DNA of 35,076 nt from Thermoproteus sp. (lineage in GTDB: Archaea; Thermoproteota; Thermoprotei; Thermoproteales; Thermoproteaceae). Positions 25,851 to 34,586 of this stretch are shown here, piece after piece. Both the position numbers and the translations under genes were made by a program. The notes under the pieces are model-generated. The model made no database searches, had not been told where the DNA came from, and saw only the letters and a program-made list of their open reading frames with translations. Within the stretch, counting starts at the first letter, position 1; each line of letters opens with the position of its first letter. The stretch covers positions 1-35,076 of the forward strand of contig JBMFIG010000015.1 in NCBI GenBank assembly GCA_049976425.1. Reading direction: 5' to 3'.

Positions 25851-25986
25851 CTATATTATAAATCTTCCGTTAATTATTATGCACTGATAAAGGCGATCGA
25901 TAATGGAAGTTATATAAGAATAATTTGAATAGATTTCGCTGAAATCGGCGAGTTAATTGATATAAATCAGAAAAGTATATCATATC

Positions 25987-26217
25987 GTGATTTTGTTCGT
26001 TTTTAAGAGTGGGGAAGCGCCTAAGATGCTTGATCTACCAGGCATCGAGGTGGCTACGGCGGACAACCTCCCTCCCATTGACGACAAGATAGTGGTCGTC
26101 GTGGGGGATCGGGAGCTGGCGGAGAGGCTGGGCGCGGCCTATATGTCCGAGGAGGAGATATCGAAATTTATAGAGTTCCTTAAGGGCGAGCTGGCACGCG
26201 CGGTCCTGCCCGCGTAG
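25987..26217 (+). CDS. Small hypothetical protein
   Basis: 76 aa with VVVVGDRELAERLG; TATAAA at 25961-25966. Confidence 0.7.
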   Translation: MILFVFKSGEAPKMLDLPGIEVATADNLPPIDDKIVVVVGDRELAERLGAAYMSEEEISKFIEFLKGELARAVLPA

Positions 26218-26262
26218 AGGCCGCGGCTCCAATATTTTTTAGCAAAGTATTGGCGGCTCTAC

Positions 26263-27447
26263 GTGAGGGCGTTGTTCTTGGGGCCTACCGGCGTCAACAT
26301 GAGGGAGGCCGTGGCCGCCGTTGCGAGGTATTTCTATAAGTCTAGGGGACTGCCCGAGGAGCTCGAGGATAGAGAGGCCAGGAAGGCCCTCGCCGTGTAT
26401 TTCCTGGAGGATTTCCTGAAGGCCAGAGTCGACTGGGTCGCCTTCCTCTCAAGCGACGACTATAGATGGCAGGAGGAGGAGTGGAGGTCGGCCTTCGGCA
26501 GGATGTTGAGGCGGATACACGACGAGGCGGCTGAGAACGTCGTCGTGGGGATGAATCTGCCCTTCTTCAACAGAAGCCGCTTCTTCCCCGCCTTCGACCT
26601 CTCCCCGTTCAGAGAGCTGAGGCCCGACATCGTCGTCACGTTGATAGAGGAGGAGCACGTCATGTGGAGGAGGGTGCAGATGAGGGAGGAAAGCGGGAGG
26701 CGCACTGGGGCGGAGTTTAGGCTCAAGGATATAGTGGCATGGCGCAACACGACCATACTCCTCGCCGACATAATATCGCGGGAGCTAGGCGTCGATAACC
26801 ACGTCGTTGCCGTTAAGCACCCGGCCTCGACCTTCTACAGACTGCTCTTCGAGAGGGGGGCCTTGAAGGTCTACCTATCCTTTCCAATAACCGCGGTTAG
26901 GGATAGGAAGGAGGCGAGGGCCGAGATCGACAGCTTCAGGAGGCGTATGCACGGCCGCTTCGCGGCGTTCGACCCCCTCATGGTCGACGAGAGGGCCTTG
27001 AGGACGGCGCTGGCGAGCTCGAAAGGCGACGTGGTGGAGGTGAGGGCCGAAGACGTCTGGAACGTGCCTGCCGGCATCGAGCCGGCTTGTAGAGACGAGG
27101 CGGGCCTCTACCCCATAAGGATACCGAGGGACCAAGTCGAGGAGGTTCTGCGCGATCTCGACAACATAATCCGGTACAAGGACTACCGCTACATCCAGCA
27201 GTCGGACGCCGTTGCCGCCTACAGGCCGTTCATGGGGAGGACGTTGAGCAGAGGGATGTTCGCCGAGATAAACTACGCGCTCAACACGGCGCATAAGAGG
27301 GTGTTCATATATTGGCCTAGGGAGGACTGGGAGCCCGGGATGGAGTCGCCGTTCGACCCCTCGCTGGGCGTGATCGAGCAGGACCTCGACAGGCTTGTGG
27401 CCGACCTCGAGGCCTACGAGGGGGAGCTCAAGACCCTCAGATCGTAG
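26263..27447 (+). CDS. Fusion of a degenerate NMP-kinase-like P-loop domain and a nucleoside 2-deoxyribosyltransferase-like domain
   Basis: N-terminal FLGPTGVN, PDIVVTLIE, IVAWR. C-terminal KVYLSFPIT, FDP, DYRYIQQSDAVAAY, SRGMFAEINYA..VFIY. Confidence 0.65.
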   Translation: MRALFLGPTGVNMREAVAAVARYFYKSRGLPEELEDREARKALAVYFLEDFLKARVDWVAFLSSDDYRWQEEEWRSAFGRMLRRIHDEAAENVVVGMNLPFFNRSRFFPAFDLSPFRELRPDIVVTLIEEEHVMWRRVQMREESGRRTGAEFRLKDIVAWRNTTILLADIISRELGVDNHVVAVKHPASTFYRLLFERGALKVYLSFPITAVRDRKEARAEIDSFRRRMHGRFAAFDPLMVDERALRTALASSKGDVVEVRAEDVWNVPAGIEPACRDEAGLYPIRIPRDQVEEVLRDLDNIIRYKDYRYIQQSDAVAAYRPFMGRTLSRGMFAEINYALNTAHKRVFIYWPREDWEPGMESPFDPSLGVIEQDLDRLVADLEAYEGELKTLRS

Positions 27448-27623
27448 AGGTATTTGAGGGCCTCCTCGCCCTCCACCTCTATGGAGCCTCCCCTCCTCTC
27501 GTCGTACGTATATAGGACTATGTCGGTTCCAGGCACCAGCACGACCTTGACCCCCGCCTTCCTGAGCGCGTCGGCGTGGGAGGCCAGAGGCGATTCCTTG
27601 CCGACAAACAATATGCCACGCAT
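27414..27623 (-). CDS. Small hypothetical protein
   Basis: From ATG 27623: MRGILFVGKESPLASHADALRKAGVKV.., 69 aa; TTAAAT TATA-like element about 20-25 nt upstream. Confidence 0.6.
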   Translation of the reverse strand: MRGILFVGKESPLASHADALRKAGVKVVLVPGTDIVLYTYDERRGGSIEVEGEEALKYLYDLRVLSSPS

Positions 27624-27798
27624 ATTGGCGCAACCTCGGCGCAATTTAAGGGCCTCGTTTATTTTCCCGAAGCGCACCGGCCTAAAACTTCTATTCTACA
27701 AAAATAGTAAGTAGAAGCCATATATTGAATAAATATAGTAATATAATTAACTATTAGAATACTAATTATAACAACGGCTTGCGGCCAACGCTGGCTAG

Positions 27799-28860
27799 TT
27801 AATTGTCGCCAGGAGGGACTATCCAGCGATCTACATATCTATCCAAGTTCTGCAATACGGCTATTCTGCTCCTCTCGTCGTCGTCCATATAGGCGAATCT
27901 CGCGCCTATACGCTCCAGCTCGTCCCTCAGCTTCTTAGCCCACTCGACGACCTCCTCGTGGGCGAGCATGTCCTCCCTTTTCAGACGGTGGGTGGAGTAT
28001 CCTAGGTGCATGTAGCTCTTCACCTCGACGAAGTGCGGATTCCCTCTCTTGACCAGCTGTGCGAATAGAGGTATGTACCTCTCGTCGTAGTTGAGGCTTC
28101 TGATTAGGGTGATGCGCACCACGGTCCTGGTAGGCATCGAGGCCAGGAGGTCGAGGCTTCTCAGCCATCTCTCCCAGGCGTCCTCTCTGTACATTACCGG
28201 GACGTTTATGAGGTAGTAGAGCTCCTTGTTGGGGGCGTTCATGGATAGGTACAGCTGGGTCGGCAAGGCGTCCTCCTTTATGAGCCTCTCCAGCATCTCC
28301 GGGTGCTGTCCGTTGGTGACTATGAAGACCGATTTCGTGTGGGGGAGCGACTTGATTAACTTGACTAGTTCGGGCAGTTTGGGGTAAAGGGCGGGCTCCC
28401 CCGATAGCGATATGGCCCAGTGCGTGGGGGCGAGCGCCTCCTTGACCCTCTCCTTGGCCTTCTCGTGGCCCCAATAGCCGGAGAGGAGCCTCTCCCTCTC
28501 CTTCAACACGCCCTTCACTATCTCGTCGGGCTCCATGACCCACCAATCCTCCGGCGTGAACGTGTCGAACTCTTGGGTAGGGCGCCAACAGTACACGCAT
28601 CTATTGCTACAGATCATCCCGACGGGGCTCATCTCCACGCATCTGTGGGAGCCTCCCGCCGGCGCGTTGTAGAACTTGACCTTGTAGCAAGAGCCCTTGC
28701 CGTCGAGGGAGTCCTTGGTCCACTTACAGAGCTCCACCGTGGCGTGGCCAGAAACACCGTAATGGGCCTCGACCAGCCTCCTGGCGGTTCCAGCCCTAAT
28801 GACTAGCCGCGGCCCAATAAGGGCGTGATGCCTCCCTATAGGCTCCTCCTCGCAAGACAC
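27799..28860 (-). CDS. taw1: 4-demethylwyosine synthase (Taw1/TYW1 radical SAM)
   Basis: ELCKWT, CYKVKFY, SHRCVEM, CSNRCVYCWR, AISLSGEP, PTQLYLS, EVKSYMHLG. Confidence 0.95.
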   Translation of the reverse strand: MSCEEEPIGRHHALIGPRLVIRAGTARRLVEAHYGVSGHATVELCKWTKDSLDGKGSCYKVKFYNAPAGGSHRCVEMSPVGMICSNRCVYCWRPTQEFDTFTPEDWWVMEPDEIVKGVLKERERLLSGYWGHEKAKERVKEALAPTHWAISLSGEPALYPKLPELVKLIKSLPHTKSVFIVTNGQHPEMLERLIKEDALPTQLYLSMNAPNKELYYLINVPVMYREDAWERWLRSLDLLASMPTRTVVRITLIRSLNYDERYIPLFAQLVKRGNPHFVEVKSYMHLGYSTHRLKREDMLAHEEVVEWAKKLRDELERIGARFAYMDDDERSRIAVLQNLDRYVDRWIVPPGDN

Positions 28861-29026
28861 AAGACATCGTCAACTCCACTTTAAAAACTCAGCTCCCCGC
28901 GCCGTAGGAAGAGGCGGAGCCAGACAACGATGCTCCGCCCAGGAAATCCGGCGACTTCCTAACCGCTGAAATTAGTTTCTACCTCGTAATAACGAAACAA
29001 ATATAGCTTTTTTCCTTCCGCCTTGC

Positions 29027-29821
29027 GTGATCTGGGTGGTTCTTCTGTTCGCTAACGGGAGCGTCCTCCTGGTGTTTAACCAGACCTTGGCGGGCTCGAT
29101 ATACGGCCTGCCTCTGCCGTCTCCTCCCCTATCGGCGCCGCTCGTCTTGAACAACGGCACTCCAGTCCCCGCGGTCTTGAACGGATCGACGCTGGAGGTG
29201 CCGGTTTTGGGCAAGGCCTTGATAACAGTCGAGTACGTGCCTAGGGTGTCGGCGTCTGGAGGAGTGATAAGCTTCAACGTAAGCGAAGGCCTATACCTCA
29301 TATGGGCCCAAGGAGGAGTGCTCCTCCTCCCCACAGTCAAGATACTCAACTACACGAAGGCGAACGGAGCAGTGCTCCTAGTAGCAGAAGGGCCCGGCAC
29401 AATAGCCTACACGATACAAGGCACGCCAGCGCCGGCAGCTACATCCGCTGGCAGTCCAAGCAATACGGCTCCAGGCGGCGCTACGTCCGCGAGCCAGGCG
29501 TCCGCACTAACCACGTCTACATCTACTGGCGGCGTCTCTAACGGCGGCCTGCCGTTTGTTTGGATTCTGTCGGCTGTGGCCGTCGCCGCCGTTGTCGCCG
29601 TCGTTGTGTTGGCTTCTAGGAGGCGCGCCCCCCAGCTCAACGACACGGATAGGCTCGTCCTCTCGTATCTGAGGAAGACGGGCGGCGCCTACGAGTCTGA
29701 CATAGCCAGAGCGCTCGGCCTGCCGAGAACCACCGTGTTCAAATCGGTCAGAAGACTAGAACAGACAGGCCTAGCAACCGTAGAGAAGAGAGACGGAAAA
29801 AACTTCGTAACGCCTAAGTGA
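29027..29821 (+). CDS. Membrane-anchored protein with extracellular beta domain and C-terminal winged HTH
   Basis: Beta-rich N-terminus with NGS/NQT/NVS/NYT sequons, Ser/Thr/Ala linker, TM helix, then LNDTDRLVL..YESDIARALGLPRTTVFKSVRRLE..G. Confidence 0.85.
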   Translation: MIWVVLLFANGSVLLVFNQTLAGSIYGLPLPSPPLSAPLVLNNGTPVPAVLNGSTLEVPVLGKALITVEYVPRVSASGGVISFNVSEGLYLIWAQGGVLLLPTVKILNYTKANGAVLLVAEGPGTIAYTIQGTPAPAATSAGSPSNTAPGGATSASQASALTTSTSTGGVSNGGLPFVWILSAVAVAAVVAVVVLASRRRAPQLNDTDRLVLSYLRKTGGAYESDIARALGLPRTTVFKSVRRLEQTGLATVEKRDGKNFVTPK

Positions 29822-29932
29822 GGGACTGCAATAAACCTTCGTAGAGATGCATCGCCTCGGATCCTCAGCCTGGTATTACTCCGGCCCTCCGCCGCGCCTC
29901 GGAACTCGGCGGCAGACGCCGTTGAGCAAAGG

Positions 29933-29940
29933 TTTAAATA
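29933..29940 (+). promoter_or_regulatory. TATA box for the TRAM gene
   Basis: TTTAAATA preceded by BRE-like CAAAGG, 20-27 nt upstream of ATG 29960. Confidence 0.6.
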
Positions 29941-29959
29941 CCGGTATTCATGTGGGCAG

Positions 29960-30199
29960 ATGGAAAGTGAAGGAAGGAGGCCGCGGCGAGGCGGCCGCGG
30001 CGGCCCGAGAGGGCCTAAACCGGTTAAGGAGGGCGACGTGATCGAGGTCGACATCGTCGAGAAGTCGAGGAGGGGCGACGGCGTCGCCAAGGTCGAGGGC
30101 TTCATAGTCTTCGTCCCAGGCGCCGAGCCTGGCCAGCACGTGAAGGTCCAGATAGAGAAGGTAGGCGGGACGTACGCTATCGCTAAAATAGTCGAATAG
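29960..30199 (+). CDS. Single TRAM-domain RNA-binding protein
   Basis: PVKEGD..V.I....RGDGVAKVEGFIVFVPG..G..VKV.I; Arg/Gly-rich N-terminal tail. Confidence 0.92.
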   Translation: MESEGRRPRRGGRGGPRGPKPVKEGDVIEVDIVEKSRRGDGVAKVEGFIVFVPGAEPGQHVKVQIEKVGGTYAIAKIVE

Positions 30200-30204
30200 G
30201 TTTT

Positions 30205-31329
30205 TTACCTCAGCTTAGAGCTGAGCCTATATTGATCCACTTTGTCCCTGGCCTTTTCCCTAGCCTCTCTGTGTTGTTTGAGGAAGCGCGATATCTTGTC
30301 GTGTAGCATTAGCTTGCACTCGCCGCAGAGCAACGCGCCGCTTCTGCAGTCCTGCCGTATCTTCTCCACGGACTTGTCGTCGGGGTCGAAGAGCATGTGG
30401 TAGTGGAAGACGGGGCATATGTCGGGGTTGCCCCCCAGCTTCCTCTGCTCCTCGGCGGTGGGCCTCCCGCCGGTGAAGGCGTTCATTATCTTGCGCCTCA
30501 CGGTCTTCTCGTCGTCGATCGTGTATATGGCCGAGTCGGGGTTGGAGGCCGACATCTTGCTCTCCCCCGTCAGCGACATTATGAACTTGGAGTAGAGTGT
30601 GGCGGGCTTGGGGTAGCCCAACGACTCGGCTATGTCCCTCGCCAGGCGGAAGTACGGGTCTTGGTCAATGGCGCAGGGTATCAACACGGGGGTCGCCTCC
30701 CCCCTCAGCTCTGTGGGGAGGAAAGCCACGGCTATCTGGAGAGACGGGTAGAATATCAGGCCTATGTTGGTGGAGTCGGTGAAGCCGAAGGTGGCCTTGA
30801 CGGTGTTCCAAGTGAGCTTCTTGGCGGTCTTGACGGCAATGGGGAAGAGGGGCTTTATGTCGAGCGTGTCTATGATCAGGTGTAGCCTGTCCGGCGTGAA
30901 GCCGAGCGCGATGACGTCCAGCGCGTTCTCGTAGGCCCAATGCCTCGTGTCGGCGAGCGACAGCTCGGGGTCGTCGTAGAACTTCTCGTCGTCGGTCATC
31001 TGGAAGTAGACCTCCAGACCGAACTTGTCGGAGAACCACTTGAGCAGTATCCACGGGACCATATGGCCTATGTGGATCGGCCCGCTCGGCCCCCTTCCCG
31101 TGTAGAGCGCCCAGGGCCTCCCCGATCCGTGCCACCTCAATATCTCGTCGAAATCCCTGTGGGCGTAGAAGAAGCCGCGCCTTATTAAGGGGTGCACCTC
31201 GCCTGCGTATTTCGCGAGGAGCTCTATGTCGGAGGGGGTCAGAGGCCTCGCGCCGAAATGCGCGAGGAGCTTGTCGTAGTCGACCTTCCCCCTTACCTCC
31301 CAAGGCGTGACTACGAACTCCTCTCCCAC
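30205..31329 (-). CDS. trpS: Tryptophanyl-tRNA synthetase
   Basis: VTPWEV, LYTGRGPS, HIGH, AIDQDPYFR, KMSAS, AFTGG, CGECK. Confidence 0.97.
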   Translation of the reverse strand: MGEEFVVTPWEVRGKVDYDKLLAHFGARPLTPSDIELLAKYAGEVHPLIRRGFFYAHRDFDEILRWHGSGRPWALYTGRGPSGPIHIGHMVPWILLKWFSDKFGLEVYFQMTDDEKFYDDPELSLADTRHWAYENALDVIALGFTPDRLHLIIDTLDIKPLFPIAVKTAKKLTWNTVKATFGFTDSTNIGLIFYPSLQIAVAFLPTELRGEATPVLIPCAIDQDPYFRLARDIAESLGYPKPATLYSKFIMSLTGESKMSASNPDSAIYTIDDEKTVRRKIMNAFTGGRPTAEEQRKLGGNPDICPVFHYHMLFDPDDKSVEKIRQDCRSGALLCGECKLMLHDKISRFLKQHREAREKARDKVDQYRLSSKLR

Positions 31330-31374
31330 CCCATGCCAACCCGCGAACGGAGCTCTTTTTAAGGATGTCGCCGG

Positions 31375-31707
31375 CTAGACGCGGGCGCCGACGCCCAGCT
31401 CCATCAGCTTGGCCATTACCCTCGACGTGAGCTCGTAGGTGGCAGATATGTTGGAGTTGAGGACCCTCAGCTGGTTCGAGATGAAGTCCAGCTTGTCCGA
31501 GAGATCCTTGTGCATTTCGTCGATCTTGGCTCCGAGCGACCTAACTTCTTCGCGCAGACCTCTCAGCTCGCCGATAGTGAGGTAAGCCAGGATCAGTAGG
31601 GCGTCCTCCCTCGATATCTCCCTCTTGCTGAGCAATGTAGGCAACTGCGACAACACGTAGTCCACGCCCTTAGTCGCGACTAGGCCCAACAACTCCGCGA
31701 TTTCCAT
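31375..31707 (-). CDS. Coiled-coil hypothetical protein (paREP15-like architecture)
   Basis: 110 aa; ISREDALLIL followed by heptad repeats (LREEVRSLGAKIDEMHKDLSDKLD). Family label is tentative. Confidence 0.6.
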   Translation of the reverse strand: MEIAELLGLVATKGVDYVLSQLPTLLSKREISREDALLILAYLTIGELRGLREEVRSLGAKIDEMHKDLSDKLDFISNQLRVLNSNISATYELTSRVMAKLMELGVGARV

Positions 31708-31736
31708 AGATGTACGTCCATCCTAGAATATTAGCT

Positions 31737-33032
31737 TTACTGCAACTCCTCCAGCGTCTTCTTGGCGGACTCCCGGCCCCTTACATGCCATATCGCGGCC
31801 GCGGCGACGCCTGCGGCCCAGACGGCGGCGTTCATGGCCATGAACGTCGGCGCGTCGACGAGGCCCTCGACAGCCACGAGGGCCGTGTTCACGCCCCAAG
31901 CGATCGCCGTCACCAACCCCACGACCGTGGCCCGGACGCCTGTGGGGAACAGCTCGCTCTCCAAGACGCCGAGGGAGCCCCAGGACCACTCGGCGAAGAT
32001 CGCGTTGGCGAACAGCGCGGCCAAGAAAGGCGCAAGCGGCGCCGCGAAGGCCAGATACCAGAAGAGGAGCGCGGTGAGGAGCCCGCCGAGGTATGCAGAG
32101 GTCAGCGAGGCCTTCCTCGACCTATCTATGAGGGGCAGTAGGAGGAAGGCGCCTATCGAGGCGCCCGCGTTGGCGACGGCCACAACTACAGGCGCCGAGT
32201 CCGCGCCGTAGGGGAAGCCCGACGCGTAGGGGAGGTAGTAGGCGGCTATGTTGTACGTGGCCACGTTTGCGGCGCTGACCGTCGCCAGGACCGCGAAGCC
32301 CAGCGCCTTTGTCCTCAAAACCTCCCTAAGGCCCACGCCCTCCGGTTGCGGGGGCGGATCGGCCTCGACTCCCGCGAAGGCGGCCACGACCCTCCTGGCC
32401 TCAGCCGCCCTCCCCCGCGCCGCGAGCCATCTAGGGGACTCGGGCAGGTGTAGCCTCGCCAGAAGCACCACGAGGGCCAGGGCGACGGCCGTGCCGAAAA
32501 TAGAGAGGACTACGGTGTGGGGGTCGTTGGAGAGAGCTGTGTAGACCAGCGAGAGGCCGGCGATCACCGCCGCCCCGACGTTCCAGAAGTTGGCGGCCAG
32601 CATCAGGGCCTTGCCCCTATGCCTCGCCGGCGAGAACTCGGCGAGCGCCGAGAAGGCCGGCCCTATCTCGCCCCCCACGCCGAAGTTCATGACGCTGGTG
32701 AGGACGAAGGCGGCGACTAGGCCGAGGGCGTTTAGCCAGAAGGCCGCGGCGAAGGCCGCGGCCGCCGCCGTGTAGAGGACTAGCGACACCACGAGGCCCA
32801 TCCTCCTGCCGAGGGAGTCCGATACCTTCCCGAAGGCAAGGGCCCCGGCCAGATACGCCAGGGAGTTGGCCGCGAATATGTAGGCCGCGTAGGGCTCTAG
32901 GTCGGGCAGCAGGTACGCCACGAGGGGGGCTAGGCTGAAGAGGACCCCGTCCAGCAAGAAGCTTAGGGACACTATCGCGAAGAGGACCCAGTGGGCCCTC
33001 CCCCAACGGCTCTCGTCGAGGGGATGCGGCAT
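31737..33032 (-). CDS. MFS transporter (sugar porter/aromatic acid-like)
   Basis: GKVSDSLGRR motif A, AEFSPARHRG, LPESPRWL, SELFPTGVRA. Confidence 0.92.
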   Translation of the reverse strand: MPHPLDESRWGRAHWVLFAIVSLSFLLDGVLFSLAPLVAYLLPDLEPYAAYIFAANSLAYLAGALAFGKVSDSLGRRMGLVVSLVLYTAAAAAFAAAFWLNALGLVAAFVLTSVMNFGVGGEIGPAFSALAEFSPARHRGKALMLAANFWNVGAAVIAGLSLVYTALSNDPHTVVLSIFGTAVALALVVLLARLHLPESPRWLAARGRAAEARRVVAAFAGVEADPPPQPEGVGLREVLRTKALGFAVLATVSAANVATYNIAAYYLPYASGFPYGADSAPVVVAVANAGASIGAFLLLPLIDRSRKASLTSAYLGGLLTALLFWYLAFAAPLAPFLAALFANAIFAEWSWGSLGVLESELFPTGVRATVVGLVTAIAWGVNTALVAVEGLVDAPTFMAMNAAVWAAGVAAAAIWHVRGRESAKKTLEELQ

Positions 33033-33061
33033 AAACCGTTTATCCTTTCCATATTAAAAAT

Positions 33062-33784
33062 TTATTGGCCCATTATAAGCCTGCCGAGCTTCTCCTCGTC
33101 CAGCTCCTTGGCGGGGCCCGAGTACCTAAGCCGGCCAGTCACCATGACGAATGCCCTATCGCCTATCTCGAGGGCCTTCCTGGCGTTCTGCTCCACGAGG
33201 AGGATCGTGATGCCCATATCCCTAATGGACTTGATCGCGGAGAACACGTCGGAGGCGACCTTGGGCGCGAGCCCGGCGGTTGGCTCGTCGAGCATGAGGA
33301 GCTTGGGCCTCTTCATCAGCCCCATGGAGATGGCCAACATCTGCCTCTCGCCGCCCGAGAGGAACTTGCCCTTGCGGTTCTCCAGCTCCTTCAGCTTGGG
33401 GAAGAGCTCCAAGACCTCTCTAAGGGCCTTCTCGGCCTCCTCCGGCCTCACCCCGGCGGCCGCAGCGATTAGGTTCTCCCTGACGGTCAGCTCCGGGAAT
33501 ATGTTGGGCGTCCCGAAGTTGTTGGGGGACTGCATCACGTACCCGACGCCCGCCTTCTGGATCTCCCCGGGGCTCCTCCCCGTCACGTCCCTCCCGTCGA
33601 CTACGATAGAGCCGCTGAATATGGTCGCGAGGCCCGCTATGGCGTTCAGGAGAGTGGACTTCCCCGCGCCGTTCGGGCCCAGGAGGACCGCTATCTCGCC
33701 CTTCTCGACCTCCAGCGACACGCCGTTCAGCACGTGGAACTTGCCGTAGCCGGCGTTTAGGTCGGAGATCTTGAGGAGCGCCAT
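33062..33784 (-). CDS. livF: Branched-chain amino acid ABC ATPase LivF
   Basis: GPNGAGKST, LSGGERQMLA, DEPTAGLAP, LVEQNA. Confidence 0.92.
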   Translation of the reverse strand: MALLKISDLNAGYGKFHVLNGVSLEVEKGEIAVLLGPNGAGKSTLLNAIAGLATIFSGSIVVDGRDVTGRSPGEIQKAGVGYVMQSPNNFGTPNIFPELTVRENLIAAAAGVRPEEAEKALREVLELFPKLKELENRKGKFLSGGERQMLAISMGLMKRPKLLMLDEPTAGLAPKVASDVFSAIKSIRDMGITILLVEQNARKALEIGDRAFVMVTGRLRYSGPAKELDEEKLGRLIMGQ

Positions 33785-33785
33785 A

Positions 33786-34544
33786 TCACCCGCCTATGTA
33801 GCTCTCTATCACCTTGGGGTCCTTGGCCACGACGTCCGGCGGGCCTTGCGATATGACCCTCCCGCTCGCCATGGCGTAGACGTAGTCCACGTACTTAAAC
33901 GCTATGTCTATGCGGTGCTCCACGACCCAGAAGGTGACACCCTTGGCGTTTATATCGCGGATGGTCTGGAATATGGAGTGGGCCTGCGCTATGGGTATGC
34001 CCGCTATCGGCTCGTCGAGGATTATCAGCTTGGCCCCCGCCATGAGGGCCCTCGCGAGCTCCAACAGCTTCATCTGGCCGGCCGAAAGCGAGTAGGCGTA
34101 GCGGTCCCACACGTCGCCCAGCCCCACCATGTCGAGGATCTTGAAGGCCCTCTCCGCCAGCTCCCTCTCCTGCCTTATCCACGCGCCCTCCCTCACGGCC
34201 TTCAACACATCCTCGCCTACCTGCCCTCTGGCCACCACGAGGAGGTTCTCTATCACGGTCATGCGCTGGAATACTTGCGGTATCTGGAAAGTCCTAACAA
34301 TCCCCTCGGCGAAAACCTTGTGAGGAGGCCACCCGGTTATGTCGACATCCCTCCCGTCGTCGTGGAAAACCACGCGGCCCGCCTCCGGCTTGTAGACCCC
34401 CGTCACCACGTTAATCAACGTGGTCTTCCCCGAGCCGTTAGGCCCGATGAGCAGAGTGACCTTTCCCCTCTCTATGTTCATGTCGACGCCGTCGAGGGCC
34501 CTAAATGCGCCGAACTGTTTGACTATACCCTTGATCTCAAGCAC
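33786..34544 (-). CDS. livG: Branched-chain amino acid ABC ATPase LivG
   Basis: GPNGSGKTT, GIVRTFQIP, LSAGQMKLLELAR, VEH, DPKVIESYIG. Confidence 0.92.
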   Translation of the reverse strand: MLEIKGIVKQFGAFRALDGVDMNIERGKVTLLIGPNGSGKTTLINVVTGVYKPEAGRVVFHDDGRDVDITGWPPHKVFAEGIVRTFQIPQVFQRMTVIENLLVVARGQVGEDVLKAVREGAWIRQERELAERAFKILDMVGLGDVWDRYAYSLSAGQMKLLELARALMAGAKLIILDEPIAGIPIAQAHSIFQTIRDINAKGVTFWVVEHRIDIAFKYVDYVYAMASGRVISQGPPDVVAKDPKVIESYIGG

Positions 34545-34586
34545 GTCGACAAAAAAGAAAAACCTTTTTAAAAATTATGAGAGGTT

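Noticed and set aside
25857-25916. Imperfect 16-bp inverted repeat (13/16) as MITE ends or an operator
   Set aside because: AT-rich context, no target-site duplication and no second copy seen.
25641-25928. 95-aa plus-strand ORF
   Set aside because: Antisense shadow of the rpl34e remnant; TTG start and no recognisable motif.
27742-27770. TATAATTA/TAATTATA inverted repeat in an AT-rich gap (origin or operator?)
   Set aside because: Low-complexity AT sequence; no ORB-like repeats or initiator gene nearby.
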